DNA of 63,989 nucleotides, filler included, from Olpidium bornovanus S191 (GCA_017911155.1; 27 parts of 27 records of this genome joined end to end with filler, not necessarily neighbours in it); one strand, 5' to 3'; positions 24,107 through 36,041 are shown, counted from the whole stretch's first letter. Made by a program: numbers and translations. Notes: generated from the letters alone by a model not told the origin.

Positions 24107-25216
24107 CACTGGGCATCGGACAAACGCCACCTGGTGTCCGCGTCACAGGACGGCAAACTCATCGTGTGGGACGCGTACACGATGAACAAGGTGCACGCCA
24201 TCCCGCTGCGGTCTTCCTGGGTCATGACGTGCGCGTACGCGCCGTCAGGGGGGTTCGTGGCGTGCGGCGGTCTCGACAACATCTGCTCCATTTACAACCT
24301 CAAGACCAAGGAGGGCACCGTTAAGGTGGCCAGGGAGCTCAATGCGCACACGGGTTACCTCTCCTGCTGCCGGTTCATTTCCGACCGGCAGATCCTTACT
24401 TCCTCTGGAGACATGAGTTGCATGCTGTGGGACATCGACGCGGGAATGAAGACTCTCGAATTCACCGATCACACCGGTGACGTGATGAGGTAAGCGAGTT
24501 CCAGGGGTCGATCGACGCCGAATCTCACAGCGTTTTCGCCGGTGCATTTTGTTCGGGGATGCATTTGACCATTGAATCATGCTACGTATTCTGAACTGCA
24601 TCTTATTTTCGCACCACCCAGCCTTTCTCTTTCGCCGGACAAGAACATCTTCGTTTCCGGGGCGTGTGACGCCACGGCCAAGATGTGGGACATCCGCACC
24701 GGCCGCTGCGTGCAGACGTTTACGGGCCACGAGTCGGACATCAATGCAGTGCAGTTCTTCCCGGATGGCAACGCGTTCGGCACCGGTTCCGATGACGCCA
24801 GCTGCCGCCTGTTTGATCTGCGGGCGGACCGCGAGCTCAACCAGTACACGCATGACAACATTCTGTGCGGCATCACCTCGGTCGCGTTCTCCATTTCCGG
24901 CCGGTTGTTGTTTGCTGGCTACGACGATTTCAACTGCAACGTTTGGGACACCCTCAAGGGCGAGCGGGTGGGCGTGCTCGCGGCCCACGAGAACCGCGTG
25001 TCCTGCCTCGGCGTCAGCGGCGACGGAATGGCCCTCTGCACAGGAAGTTGGGACAGTTTACTGAAGGTCGGGTTCAGCTCGCCCGGTTCACTTATCCGTT
25101 TCCAGGTTTTTGCGAACTGTCAGGGTCTCTACACACACTTTACTTCTCTCACCATGATCATATCCCCCCCAAAAAATCACTAATATGTTCTCTCCGAACG
25201 CCAGGTTTGGGCCTAG
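24107..25216 (+). CDS. GPB1: Heterotrimeric G-protein beta subunit, 5'-truncated (exons 24107-24489, 24622-25066, 25205-25216)
   Basis: [15 protein letters not shown]...[19 protein letters not shown]...[13 protein letters not shown]...[10 protein letters not shown]...[10 protein letters not shown]...[15 protein letters not shown]...[12 protein letters not shown]...TGSWDSLLK|VWA-stop, with canonical introns. Confidence 0.98.
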
Positions 25217-25372
25217 GAGGCCAAAAGATAGCGAGAGCTCCGCCGTCAAGAGACACTGTTCAATTGTGGAANNNNNNNNNNNNNNNNNNNNNNNNNNNNN
25301 NNNNNNNNNNNNNNNTTAATTAATTAANNNNNNNNNNNNNNNNNNNNNNNNNNNNNNNNNNNNNNNNNNNNA

Positions 25373-25705
25373 GACAGCGCCATTGTTGCCGAACTTGGAA
25401 AGGCGGGACACATCGCAGAGTTCTATCCAAAATTCCACTGTGAATGCAACTTCATTGAGCGGTTTTGGGGAGCTGCCAAGAGACATGCTCGGAAGGAATG
25501 CGACTACAACTTTCTCTCTCTCTGCGAGCAGCTTCCGACCATCTTGGATGGCGTCAAGTTAAAAGAGATCAGAAAGCATGCACATACATCGTGGAGATAC
25601 ATGCACATGTACGCGGAAGGCAAAGATGGTGTGTCAGCAGCAAAAGCTGAACGAGACAGGAGAAAATTTAAATCTCACAGGCGTTTGGTACAAAAGGAAG
25701 ATTGA
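25373..25705 (+). mobile_element. IS630/Tc1/mariner-type DDE transposase, C-terminal fragment (absent from the ORF track)
   Basis: Open from the contig start: GHIAEFYPKFHCECNFIERFWGAAKRHARKECDYNFLSL...IRKHAHTSWRYMHMY...KFKSHRRL-stop; PKFHCExNFIExxW carries the catalytic E. Confidence 0.85.
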
Positions 25706-25890
25706 AGTCTTACCATACATGCAGTAGATATGGAGAAGAATACTAGTAAAATATGTCAGTATAAAAAAAACAGTATAAATAAATTGCGTTTGAAGGTCAA
25801 CGTCTGTTTCAAAATCCGTCGTGCCCAGCCAAACGTGACAAACTTCGACAAGTTATAGCTCCGTCAGTTTTCAATATTTTTGAAATACGC

Positions 25891-25935
25891 TTAATGGGAA
25901 TTGAAGAGCACACCCAGAAGCTTCAATTCCATTAA
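25891..25935. repeat. Inverted repeat bounded by TTAA, downstream of the transposase
   Basis: TTAATGGGAATTGAAG - 14-nt loop - CTTCAATTCCATTAA (perfect apart from one bulged G). Confidence 0.85.
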
Positions 25936-26419
25936 TCAAATTCCAGGTATTGTGTTTGGGTGGATGTCCATAAGTCCTCAAAGTTGGGTGACGATCGTGT
26001 TGGCTCTAAGTCGACGGCACCATATAACCTGAAAAATAAAAAAAGGATATCACGAGAATGGAAACGGGAGCAAAGTAGCCACATGTGCACAACGGTTGCG
26101 CTGGCTTGCGAGTTGCCTGAGTGCATGAAGTTCGGGAATAAGAAACAAGTGTCGGCAGCACGAAAGGACGAAGAAGGCAGGGTTCCATGGGAGACGGGGA
26201 AAGAGGGGATGTCCTGGCTGGTTGGCGGCGTTTTTTGCGAGGCCCCTGCCCGCCTTCCCCTCCCCTTCCCACTTCCCCCCTTTCCCAAAAAAAAAAAAAA
26301 AAAAAAGGGGGTCAGTCGGCTTCCTTTGGCGCGCGTGTGAAACGCGCGCTCCGCCGGAAAGCGGAGCGAAAGGGAAAGGTGGACAACTGCCGGGAGGAAG
26401 GAGAAAGAGCGCCGCGGCA

Positions 26420-27132
26420 ATGCCGTCCCTGATTGATAGGCTTTTCCGTGGCGGGCTCCTCCGCGGGAGCGGAGTGCACGGGACGAGGCGCCTGGAATGC
26501 TTCTTCTGCGGCGGCTTGCAGGAGGTCTTGGACGCAGACATACAACGCGTCAAAATCAGGCTACGGGGCAAGCAGCACGGAGCGGGCCGGGGAGTTGACG
26601 AACGGGAGAGAGGGATGGAGGACCCCTCCTCTGCCGGGTGCACGCTCTGCACTCGCTGGACGTGTCCCGCATGTGACGGCGTGAACATAAGAGACGAGGT
26701 CTGTTGCGGCGGGGTACGGGCGGGCGTCGTCCCTGACGCATCAAAGAACGCTATCGCGCAGCTCAGTAACGTCCGTTTCCGGCGCCCTTGCGTTCGCAGA
26801 ACGGCGAAGTCGTGGACTCCGTCCCGGACATGTATGACCCTGCGCTGAACAGTGTGACGGGAGTTGCGAGAGGTGTGTACAGGAATACCCGGCTTCGGGT
26901 TGACCCTGTGCACACAGCGACCGCCGCAGGCGGGCATTCACCCTTTCCGACGAACAACCAGGTGGACAACTCTACCGGAATTCGACCTGACTTGACTCGC
27001 CGAATATCCACCCCCCGCATAGCTCGCTTTCCAATACAAGCACGCTCAGATGAACCAATTTTCTGTCGGGATTGCCAAGTGAACCAGAAGCTTGTAACGC
27101 AAATGCTTTCGGAATACATTCCGGACGTCGAC
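26420..27132 (+). CDS. IMA1: Ima1/Samp1(TMEM201)-like inner nuclear membrane protein, N-terminal zinc-binding domain (exons 26420-26698, 26800-27132)
   Basis: CFFC...WTCPACDGVN | NGEVVDSVPDMYDPALN...IFCRDCQVNQKLVTQMLSEYIPD matches the Ima1_N pattern; GT-AG introns. Confidence 0.85.
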
Positions 27133-27356
27133 GTAAGGCCTGCATACGCTGGCTACAGAGGGAAGAATTGTCTTATGTGCAGGAGAACGGTTCTGACCAT
27201 GNNNNNNNNNNNNNNNNNNNNNNNNNNNNNNNNNNNNNNNNNNNNTTAATTAATTAANNNNNNNNNNNNNNNNNNNNNNNNNNNNNNNNNNNNNNNNNNN
27301 NCATGCGTCGAACCGTTCGGACCCGGCCAAACGCTGAAACTTCCGTCAACTCTCGA

Positions 27357-27384
<28 letters not shown>
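27357..27384. repeat. (CA)n microsatellite
   Basis: About 14 CA units. Confidence 0.95.
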
Positions 27385-27387
<3 letters not shown>

Positions 27388-28033
27388 TAGAGAAAGAGTA
27401 GACCCCCGCCCGTCTGGCCGCAGTTTTTAAGTACCACCACACGCACGAGACCCAACGGCGTGCCGCTATCGGACGGCCGCCCGGCCGCCGTCATTTCCGC
27501 AGCCGGCCGGGAGGGCCATGTGCGCATTTGTTTTCCTGCTCCCAGACCGGCCGCCGCTCACAGCCCCAAAACCGTGCAGCGTTGGTGGCCAATACATGGC
27601 GCGAAATGCCCCTTCTACGCGCAGCAAGAAAAACAAAAAAAAAAATACTTGCGTTTTATTATGGCAAAATATAATATGAAACGGTCTCCGGAGGCGGGCG
27701 GGTGCGCGCGACCCGAGGCGGGAAGTGGAGGAGAAGGTTGCTTTACGGGGCCCCCCCGCCCCACCTCCCTTCCGTCTCGCCTTCCGCCAACTATTGAACG
27801 GGTGCCAAAGAAAAGAAAAACAGCTCAGGGGAAAAAAAGGTTTCACCTCCTCTGGTGGTGGCTACGGGAGTTTGTTTATTTTTTCGGTAAAAACGGAAGG
27901 AAAACGAACAATCAGCATTTATTTTGTCGGGCGCGGAGTATCCCCCCCCCTTTTTTTCCATCGGAACAGCCCGCGACAACGAAGAAGAAAAAAGAAAAAA
28001 AAGGAGAAAAAAGATATGAAAAAATAACTTAGT

Positions 28034-28690
28034 TCACCTGTCGATTACGGCAGCAGACGTGGTCTCGTCGTCCCACCAGTCCCGCTTGGCCCGCCGCACC
28101 TTGTACCAGACGAACAAGCACGCGGCGAGCACCGCCGCGATGGCGGCGCAGAGCAGGGCAAGCGTCGTGGAGAAGGCGGTGCTGCCGGGCTGTTCCTCGG
28201 ACGAGTCATCCTCGGGCGGTGGCGCGGACCCAGCCACCGTCCGCGCCGGTACCACCGGCCTCGGGGCGTCTGACCCAACCGTCGCGGGCCGGGACAGGGC
28301 CGGGGTCCGCGTGGGCGCCGGGGCCGGCGGCGCGGCTCCGGGAGGGACGGCGGCGCCGGGCGGTGAGGCGGCGGCGCCGGGCGGCGGGGCGGGGACGACC
28401 GCGACCGGATCCGACGCGGGCGGGACGACGTCGTCGGGGCCTGTCGGGGGCGGTAGCGGCAGAGGTGCTGCTTCCCGTGGCCGGTCGGCAGGAAGAGGGG
28501 ATGCCGGGTCGGCGCGCGGGGGTGTGTCATCGCCGCCGAGCGAAAGCGCGTGCTGCTCCTGCTGCTGCTGGGCGAACGACGTCCGGAGGAACGGGAGCAG
28601 AACGAAAAGATGCAGCAGCAGAGCGCAGGCCAGGAAGCCGGGGCGGCGGCGGCTGAGGCGGCATCGCAGACCCGACGGTGGCGCGTCCAT
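28034..28690 (-). CDS. Hypothetical type I membrane protein (signal peptide, Pro/Ala-rich ectodomain, one TM helix); first exon
   Basis: Hydrophobic FLACALLLHLFVLLPFL signal, P/A-rich stalk, TM TTLALLCAAIAAVLAACLFVWY followed by basic KVRRAKR; splice donor GTGAAC after ...VID(R). Confidence 0.7.
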   Translation of the reverse strand: MDAPPSGLRCRLSRRRPGFLACALLLHLFVLLPFLRTSFAQQQQEQHALSLGGDDTPPRADPASPLPADRPREAAPLPLPPPTGPDDVVPPASDPVAVVPAPPPGAAASPPGAAVPPGAAPPAPAPTRTPALSRPATVGSDAPRPVVPARTVAGSAPPPEDDSSEEQPGSTAFSTTLALLCAAIAAVLAACLFVWYKVRRAKRDWWDDETTSAAVIDR

Positions 28691-29083
28691 TTTCGCTGGA
28701 ACAACTTCGGCGTCCCGGGTGGACGGTTGCCGGAGGACGGCGGAGACGGCAGCAGCAGCACCCGATCCCATTCAAAACGCGGGAAAACGTGGGGGCGGCC
28801 GGAAACGATGGGCGGAGGGTGGGTCGCACCCCCCCCCCCCTCTCCTTCCCCCCCCCGTTTCTCTCAACGGGCCTCACTGCGGGGGACGAACCATTCCAAC
28901 GGCTTCGCGTTGCGTTCGCGAGTTTCAGATCGGAGAATTTTAGGAGGGGGTTGGCGCTGCCCCTGGGACGCGGGGAGGGGGCAGGGGGGCCGCGGAAGGC
29001 GGGAAGTGAACGCGCACCAATCGCCAATTCAGGGGCGCGTAAAAACGGATCCCACATGGAGAGAGGCACACGGGGGGGAATCG

Positions 29084-29131
<48 letters not shown>

Positions 29132-29678
29132 AGGGGGGAAGCGGATGGAGGGGGGAGCGGGAAAAGGAAGCGCGCGGAAACAAAAAAAAAAAAACGTTTA
29201 GCACCCCGCGTACCTCCACGCCCCAGGCATCTTTCGACGAGCCTTCGACCCACTCGCGCAGTCAGGCGAAACAGCAACAAAAATGCAAACCGGGCCCTAC
29301 GCCCGCATGCCATCCGCCAGTTAATTCTTCTACAAATTCAACCCCAAGTAATTGTATATGCCCAAGGAGCAGCAAAAGAACCGGCCGACGCCCGACGAGC
29401 GGGTGTCAGCGCAGACACCGACAAAANNNNNNNNNNNNNNNNNNNNNNNNNNNNNNNNNNNNNNNNNNNNTTAATTAATTAANNNNNNNNNNNNNNNNNN
29501 NNNNNNNNNNNNNNNNNNNNNNNNNNCCGATCGTTTCCTCATTTTCTCAACTGGCCCCGCCCCCCCCTCCCCCTCCCCCCCCCCCCCCCCCCCCCCCCCT
29601 CCCTTTCCCCCCCCCCCCCCCCCCCCCCCCCCCCGCGAACGTTTTCCAAACTGCTAACCAAAGACGACGCCGCCAGCC

Positions 29679-30849
29679 GTGAAGGTCAACCCGGACGGCA
29701 ACTATCTGGGACACCGGCCGTACGACCCGGTGAGACGGCGCCACGGCCCCTACGCGTGGCAGACGTACCGCCAGGTCGACAAGCGCGTCACGTTTTTCGG
29801 CTCCGGCCTCGTCCGGCTGGAGGAGCGCTTTGTCAAGAAAGGCGCCCAGCGCGGTTTGGCCCTTTATTCCGTGAACCGCCCCGAGTGGACCATAAGCGAG
29901 CAGGCCGCCAACGCGTACAGCCTGTGGGTTTCGGCTCTTTACGACACGCTGGTGAGAACCGTCCTGGAAGGTTTGATTTTTTTTTTCCTCTTTTTTTTCC
30001 TCGAGTTTCTTTTTTTTCCCGCCACGCAGGCCTGACGTTACGGGAAAAACGCGTCGTTTGGATCCCAGGGCTCTTCTGCGCTCGAGTTCATCCTCAACCA
30101 TGCCGAAATGCCGATCTGCGTCACGTCCAGCGACAAGATACCCGGTCTCCTGAAACTGGCCGGGAAGCTCCCCCACCTGAAGGTCATCATCTCGATGGAC
30201 TCGCTTGCTCCCGAGGCCGACGGCGGACGGGGCCCACCGGGCGCCACGGCCCAGCCGCCCGCCCCCGGGGCGGGTGCGACATCTGCCGGCACCGTGCTCC
30301 GCGAGTGGGGCGCCGCCGTCGGCATCCAGGTCTTTGACTTCAACGAGGTCGAAGCCATGGGCGCCGCGGACACTCGGCCGCACGTGCCCCCGAAACCGTC
30401 CGACGTCGCCTGCATCTGTTACACCTCGGGGACGACGGGCGAACCAAAGGGCGCCATCCTGACGCACCAGAACTACGTTGCGGCCGCCGGCGCCATCCTC
30501 CGCGCCGGGGCAGAGCTGAACAGGGACGACGTGCTCATCTCCTACCTCCCGCTCGCCCACGTCTTCGAGAGGCTGACCGAGGTCATAATGGTCACCGTCG
30601 CCGGCTCCATCGGCTTCTACCGCGGCGACGTCCTGCAGCTGGTCGACGACATGGCAGTCCTCAGGCCGACCTTCTTCCCCTCCGTTCCGCGGCTACTTGT
30701 AGGCGGCGTTTTTGACGTCCCGGCTCGAACTGTCGGCACGGATGCCCCGCATTGCTGAAATCCCGTCGTCGGCTTTTCACCGAATCCGCAGAACCGCATC
30801 TACGCCAAGCTGCGAGTTCAAACAATTGACGCTCCCGGGCTCGTCGGCG
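29679..30849 (+). CDS. Long-chain fatty acyl-CoA synthetase (FAA/ACSL family), internal exons
   Basis: YLGHR...YAWQTY...NRPEW...LYDTL | FILNHAE...ICYTSGTTGEPKGAILTHQN (AMP-binding motif)...ISYLPLAHVFER...LRPTFFPSVPRLL | NRIY. Confidence 0.96.
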
Positions 30850-31045
30850 NNNNNNNNNNNNNNNNNNNNNNNNNNNNNNNNNNNNNNNNNNNNTTAATTA
30901 ATTAANNNNNNNNNNNNNNNNNNNNNNNNNNNNNNNNNNNNNNNNNNNNGGGCGCGGGAGGGAACCACCAGCGGCGCCGCCGCAATTTTGCCTGAAGCGA
31001 GCCCGGTACACACGCATTTTTCCCCCTTTCATTTTTTGCCCGCAG

Positions 31046-31417
31046 GCAAAACTCTTTTCTCCAAGTCGGACTCGTACAACTTCGGCAGCTTCGGCATAGC
31101 CGCCTGGACGCTGTTCCAGCTCGCCACGCTGGACAACTGGAGCGAGGTCTACAGCGGCGTCAAGCACAGCGAGGTGCTGATTTTCCCGTTCGTCTTCGTC
31201 TACATCATACTCGTGTCCTTTGTTTTCATAAAGTGAGAGTTTGTAGGAGCGAAGGGGGAGAGATGGGAGAGAAAGAGGAAAAAACGAGGAGCGGCCGCGC
31301 GCGCACCCGCCCGAAAAGAAAAAAAAAATATAAAGAAAAAGGAAGACGGACGACGGGGAAGGGGGACGGTGAGCGAACGAGGAGGAGAGGAGCCGGACAC
31401 TAACATTTTGGAATCCC

Positions 31418-31458
<41 letters not shown>

Positions 31459-31511
31459 TTTTTTCCCCCTTTTTTCGAAAAAAAAGAGCGGAGGGGGGGG
31501 CAAAAAAAGGG

Positions 31512-31547
<36 letters not shown>

Positions 31548-32240
31548 AAACAAACGTCGGTTTCTTTTTTCCCGCGCCCCCAGTCCACCCGTCTCCGACC
31601 TGGTTTTTCCGCATACGATCTCGGGGTTTTTTTTATGTTTTCGGGTTTCGCCAAAAACCTTGTGCTTGTTTTATTTTGTTTGTCTAATTCCTTACCCCTT
31701 CCTCCCCCCCCCCCCGGCATTCGCCCGCCCCAGAAAGCGAAACAGGCTGTCGAAGACGAACCCTACAGCGGCGAACGGTCCTCCCGGGGGTCCCTTTTGC
31801 CGGACGAGCCGGTCGCGCCGGAAGAGGACGGGGTCGGGGCCTGCCTGCGGGAGGAGCTGGGTATGGACAACTACTACAGCCACAACATGCCGCCAAACGC
31901 AAAGGCCGACATCGGGCGCTACCTTTCGTTGCTGGCAAGGTGAGAAAGCGGCGAGAAAAAAAAAGGCAAAAAAAGAAAAACTAGACAAAAAAACAGAAAG
32001 AAAACAAGAAAAAAACCAGAACGAGAAAAAAAAAAACGGGAAAAGAACGAGAAAAATAATGAACGAGATAAAGCGAACGAGAAAAATAAAAGAAAACGAA
32101 AAAGCAGCAAAACAAAAAGGAAAAAGAAGAGGATGGCAGACCTTGCTTACTCGTCGTTTCTTGTCTTTTTTTTTGTAAACAAAAAAAAATTCGAAGCACG
32201 GAGCACCTCATAGCGGTCTACGAGAAGCAGCAGGCCATGG
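31046..32240 (+). CDS. CatSper1-like single-domain cation channel subunit: pore loop, S6 and C-terminal exons (31046-31232, about 31734-31939, 32197 onward)
   Basis: FGSFGIAAWTLFQLATLDNWSEVY...VLIFPFVFVYIILVSFVFIN, later IGRYLSLLAS|TEHLIAVYEKQQAM. The TxDxW filter and the YII...FxFxN and YLxLxAS segments resemble CatSper1. One small exon seems lost in a homopolymer-rich stretch. Confidence 0.72.
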
Positions 32241-32842
32241 GTCACAGCGGCAGTTCTGGTCCCCACCTCCGGTTTCGACGTGGCTGCGTCAAGCGCAAAG
32301 TGCGGCAACAGAGGGGGAAGGAGGAGGGGGGGAAGTGGACCGTTGTTCGGGAAAACNNNNNNNNNNNNNNNNNNNNNNNNNNNNNNNNNNNNNNNNNNNN
32401 TTAATTAATTAANNNNNNNNNNNNNNNNNNNNNNNNNNNNNNNNNNNNNNNNNNNNCATGGGTCAGACGCAGCCGGCGACCGTGGGCCGGTCGGCAAAGC
32501 AGACGGACCGTTTCCGGACCACGAGGCTGCAAATCGGGAGCCGAACAAGGACCAGGGGTGCGCGGATGACTCGGGATCCCCTCGTGCTTCAAGGCCGAAA
32601 AATGCTGGCGGCAAGTGCACTCGGCTGAGGCCCGGCCGAACGGCTTTTCAAGGATGGATGCGCGAGGTTGACAGCGCGTCCTCGAAGCCGCAGCCGTTTA
32701 AGCGGGATATTTACAGCGACGACGAAGCGCCGAAGACGCGCGAACTTGATCCGGAACGTAAGCAATAATTGCGACCTTCGAGGGAACCACTTTCTCTGAC
32801 CGCAATAACCGCGCGCGGCCGGCCGGCGCTAACTGCCGTGAC

Positions 32843-35800
32843 GTGTCAGCCGTTCGTCCCACAAGCCCAACTCCGTCGCCGACGTCCTCGCACTCTGAGG
32901 CGAAGCCGTTAGCCAAAATTTCTCTGCAGGCGTTCCGCCGGCCGGACGCGCAGATCTCAGTATCCCCGGGGAAGGAGATAAGGGTCGCGAGTACAGAAGT
33001 GACATTTCGTTCCCCTTCCGCGACGCCGGTCGAGCGCCGGGCGCAAACCGGGGGCCAGATCGCGTGCTCGACTGGTGTCGACGAGCAGGGTACGCTAGGC
33101 GCGGATCCCACGAGCCCTGCTCCCTTGATTGTACACCCGCCCTCTTCCGACGCTTACCTGACGAGCGAGGATGCCGACTTCGCGCTTAGTCCGCTGTACG
33201 ACGCCGCGGCGCCCACGGACGAGGACGAGGACCTCTGCAAATTCATTCAACAGTACTCTCCTCTTGATCTGAGCTGCGAAGACTTCGCGGCGTGCAGCAG
33301 CCCGTACTCGGGACCGGAAAACGCGTGGGAGTCGTGTCCCCGTTTGGACAGGGACGTGTGGGATGTGTTGGCGGTCGTCTCTTGGCCGCGCGCGGATTCG
33401 GACCCCTCGAGTGAGTTAAAGTCCGCTTGGCCCCCTCGCCGCCTGAGAAGCCTCTGAAACAAAGGAAAAAAAAAATCAGTTGAGTTTGCTCACCGTAGTG
33501 CAGCTCCGCTGTTCCACTTCACGGAAACAGATTTGCGTGAATTTCCATCACACCCGCTGCTCGACGTCGAGGCTCCGGTAGCCAAGGCGGCCTTTGGCCC
33601 TGTGGCGCGCGATGATGCCGCAATTTCGGCAGCGGTCGGCCAATTCAATTATCCGCTGAAAGTTTGCGGCGGTATTCACGCGGAGGGGACGGATCAGCCG
33701 CGCCCTCCCTGCGAAATTCTCAGAGACCGCGGAGTCGCAGGGGACGGAGCGGCAGCGGAGAAGTCAAATTGGCCAGCAGAACAGCCAACGGAGCAGGCGT
33801 CCGCCGCGGGGCCGTCGTCGTTTGTTCCTGGGTTCCGACACGACGACTCTGTCCGCAACGCGGAAGTCAGCACAGCGGCGGAGGCAAACAGCTTTTGTGA
33901 CGAGTTGCGGCTGTGGTCGCGGCGGACACGGGCCGCTGGACCATTGCCCTGTCTCCGGAACGGTCGCGTTGCTTTCGACTTTGATGCCGCGGAGGCCGGC
34001 GAGAAGGCCGGCACGTCTTCCCGACCAACGCCGCGGCAGGCTTCGTCGGCGGCTGCCCTTTCGTCCGGATTCAAAATTTTGCGTCACAGAAACGCCGCCG
34101 CCGGCGACGACTCCGAAATGCCGTCGGCTGGCGCGAACGCCGACGAGGCCGACGTGCGCCAGGCGGAAGGGTCTCGACCGCGGCTGCCCGTCGCCGAACC
34201 GCCCTCGTCGCCCGCAGCGCGCTGGTACAGCAGCAACCGTGCTCGCCTCCCCCAAGTTGTGAACGCCGATGGGGGCGCGGACGGTTCCGGTAGGAGCCCG
34301 GCTGAACGGCGGCACGAACCCGTGGGGGAAACCGGGCTGTCGTCCGCGTCCCGGCAAAGCAATGCCGTTGTCGACGCCGGAGTCGCTGATGCCGTGGGGG
34401 GTCTGTCCGAGAAGTTGTGCAGGCCGGCCGAAGGTCAGCCGCATCACCCGATCTCGACCGCCGGACCGCCCTCCTCACTCGCCGTGGTCCGGCCCGCATC
34501 CGGCCGCGTCCCAACCTTGTCGCCATCGCCCTCGGGCGGCTCGGACCCATCGGATGACGAAGAGAAACGCGGTGCGGGCGGTCTCGGCCGCCGGGCCGTT
34601 TGGGATACGGAGGCGAAGAGGAAGAAGAGAGTTCGGAAAGGCAACGCCGGAGGCCCACGGAAACACGATAGTCCTCACGGCAGCAGCGAAGACCAGGCCG
34701 ACCACGGGCGGGCGGCGAAAGTCTCGGCGGCTGGCGGCGGCTGCAAAAGGCAGAAAACCGTCACGTCAAGCGGCGACGCCGGCGCGAGGCGCGGGGACAA
34801 GGCGGACGACGCCGGCGGTCCCGGGCAGCACGTCCCCGACGAGACGTTCGAGACCGCGAAGACCGCGGTGGCCGGCGTCGAAAAAATCCCGGGAAATGTT
34901 TGCGAGGCGTCCCTCCGCGGGATCCCCGCGAGAACCGGCTCCTCGGCTGCGGCGAAGGCCGAGCCGTCGGCCGCGAACGGGACCGTGGCAATTCTGCGGA
35001 CGGCCGGCGCCATAACCGGAACGCCGGCCTGCCCGCCCGTGTACATGACCGTGATCGATTTGGTTTCCGTGTACGCGGCTCACGTGACTGTCAAAGCTCC
35101 CGGTTCCTCGTCCCCCGGCGACGGCGACGGCGGCGGAATGCGCCGCGGGAAAGTCGTCCCGCACGGCAAGACCGCTGCGGCCGCCGAATCCAAACGTTCG
35201 TGGCCTGCACCGGCAGCTGGGCGCTCCCCGGCCGCAGGCGAGTTTGTGACCTGCAAATTGCTTCGGATGGTCGATTCCGGGTTCGTCAACGGCACCGCGC
35301 TCTTGCAGGCCGGTCATTTGGGCGAGTGCGAACGGAGCGCTGTGCTGAGTTTGGAAGTCGCGCGAATTTACGTCCGGAAAGAGGACAGCGAGCTTAACGG
35401 GACCTGGTCGGTAATCCGGTCCCGTTTTATTCGTTTTTTGCGCGATCTCGGATTTAAAGAAAATAAGATGAATTTCCCCCCATTATTTTTTTTTCTCGCG
35501 CGTTTTTGTCCAGGATACCTCTGGAAAGGGCGCGAGAGCTCGCCGCGACGTTCTCGCTGCTCGGCAAGGTCGGCGCGTTCCTGGACGACGACCTTCCAAT
35601 CTATTTCTCGTCGGCCCCGCCGCCGTCACCGCCGGCCGTTTTTGTCTCGAGGGTACCCGGCCGCCGACGCCGCCTCCCGTTGCCGAAAGACGAGGCACCC
35701 GAACCCGCTCCTCCGGGCGGCGGCGGCCGCGAAGACGCCGAGATCGTTGGCGCCGCGGAGGAATTCGTTCGCGGCGGTCGCGAGAGCAGGCTCTTTCGAC

Positions 35801-35856
35801 CAGATTGGCCGGCGAGCAGCCACGGAAGAATTGCGACGGAAGCCGGAAGCTCGTAG
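32843..35856 (+). CDS. Large low-complexity protein with a C-terminal APSES/KilA-N DNA-binding domain
   Basis: LLRMVDSGFVNGTALLQAG...ERSAVLSLE...ELNGTW | IPLERARELAATFSLLGKVGAFLDD across a GT-AG intron (about 35409-35513). The long upstream ORFs (32843-33457, 33533 onward) are Ser/Ala/Pro-rich; their exon structure is uncertain. Confidence 0.75.
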
Positions 35857-36041
35857 CGGGCCGGGAGTGGGGGGGGAAGGGGGGGGGGGGGGTGGAAAGG
35901 GGGGGGGGGGGGGGGAAGGGGGGGAAAGAGGAAGATCAATCAAATTAAAAAAATGTTAGACGCGACATTAGCATCGTCAAAATTTAAAAAAAGATGTCTG
36001 ATCAGAAATGCACAGCGACGCCCTTTTCGCCTGACACTCAC

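Noticed and set aside
34071-35397. Many long overlapping or antisense ORFs in GC-rich exons (also 3885-4857, 28045-28943, 37170-38274, 39536-40936, 60176-60811)
   Set aside because: Shadow ORFs expected at this GC content; Arg/Pro/Gly-rich with no motifs, opposite or overlapping well-supported genes.
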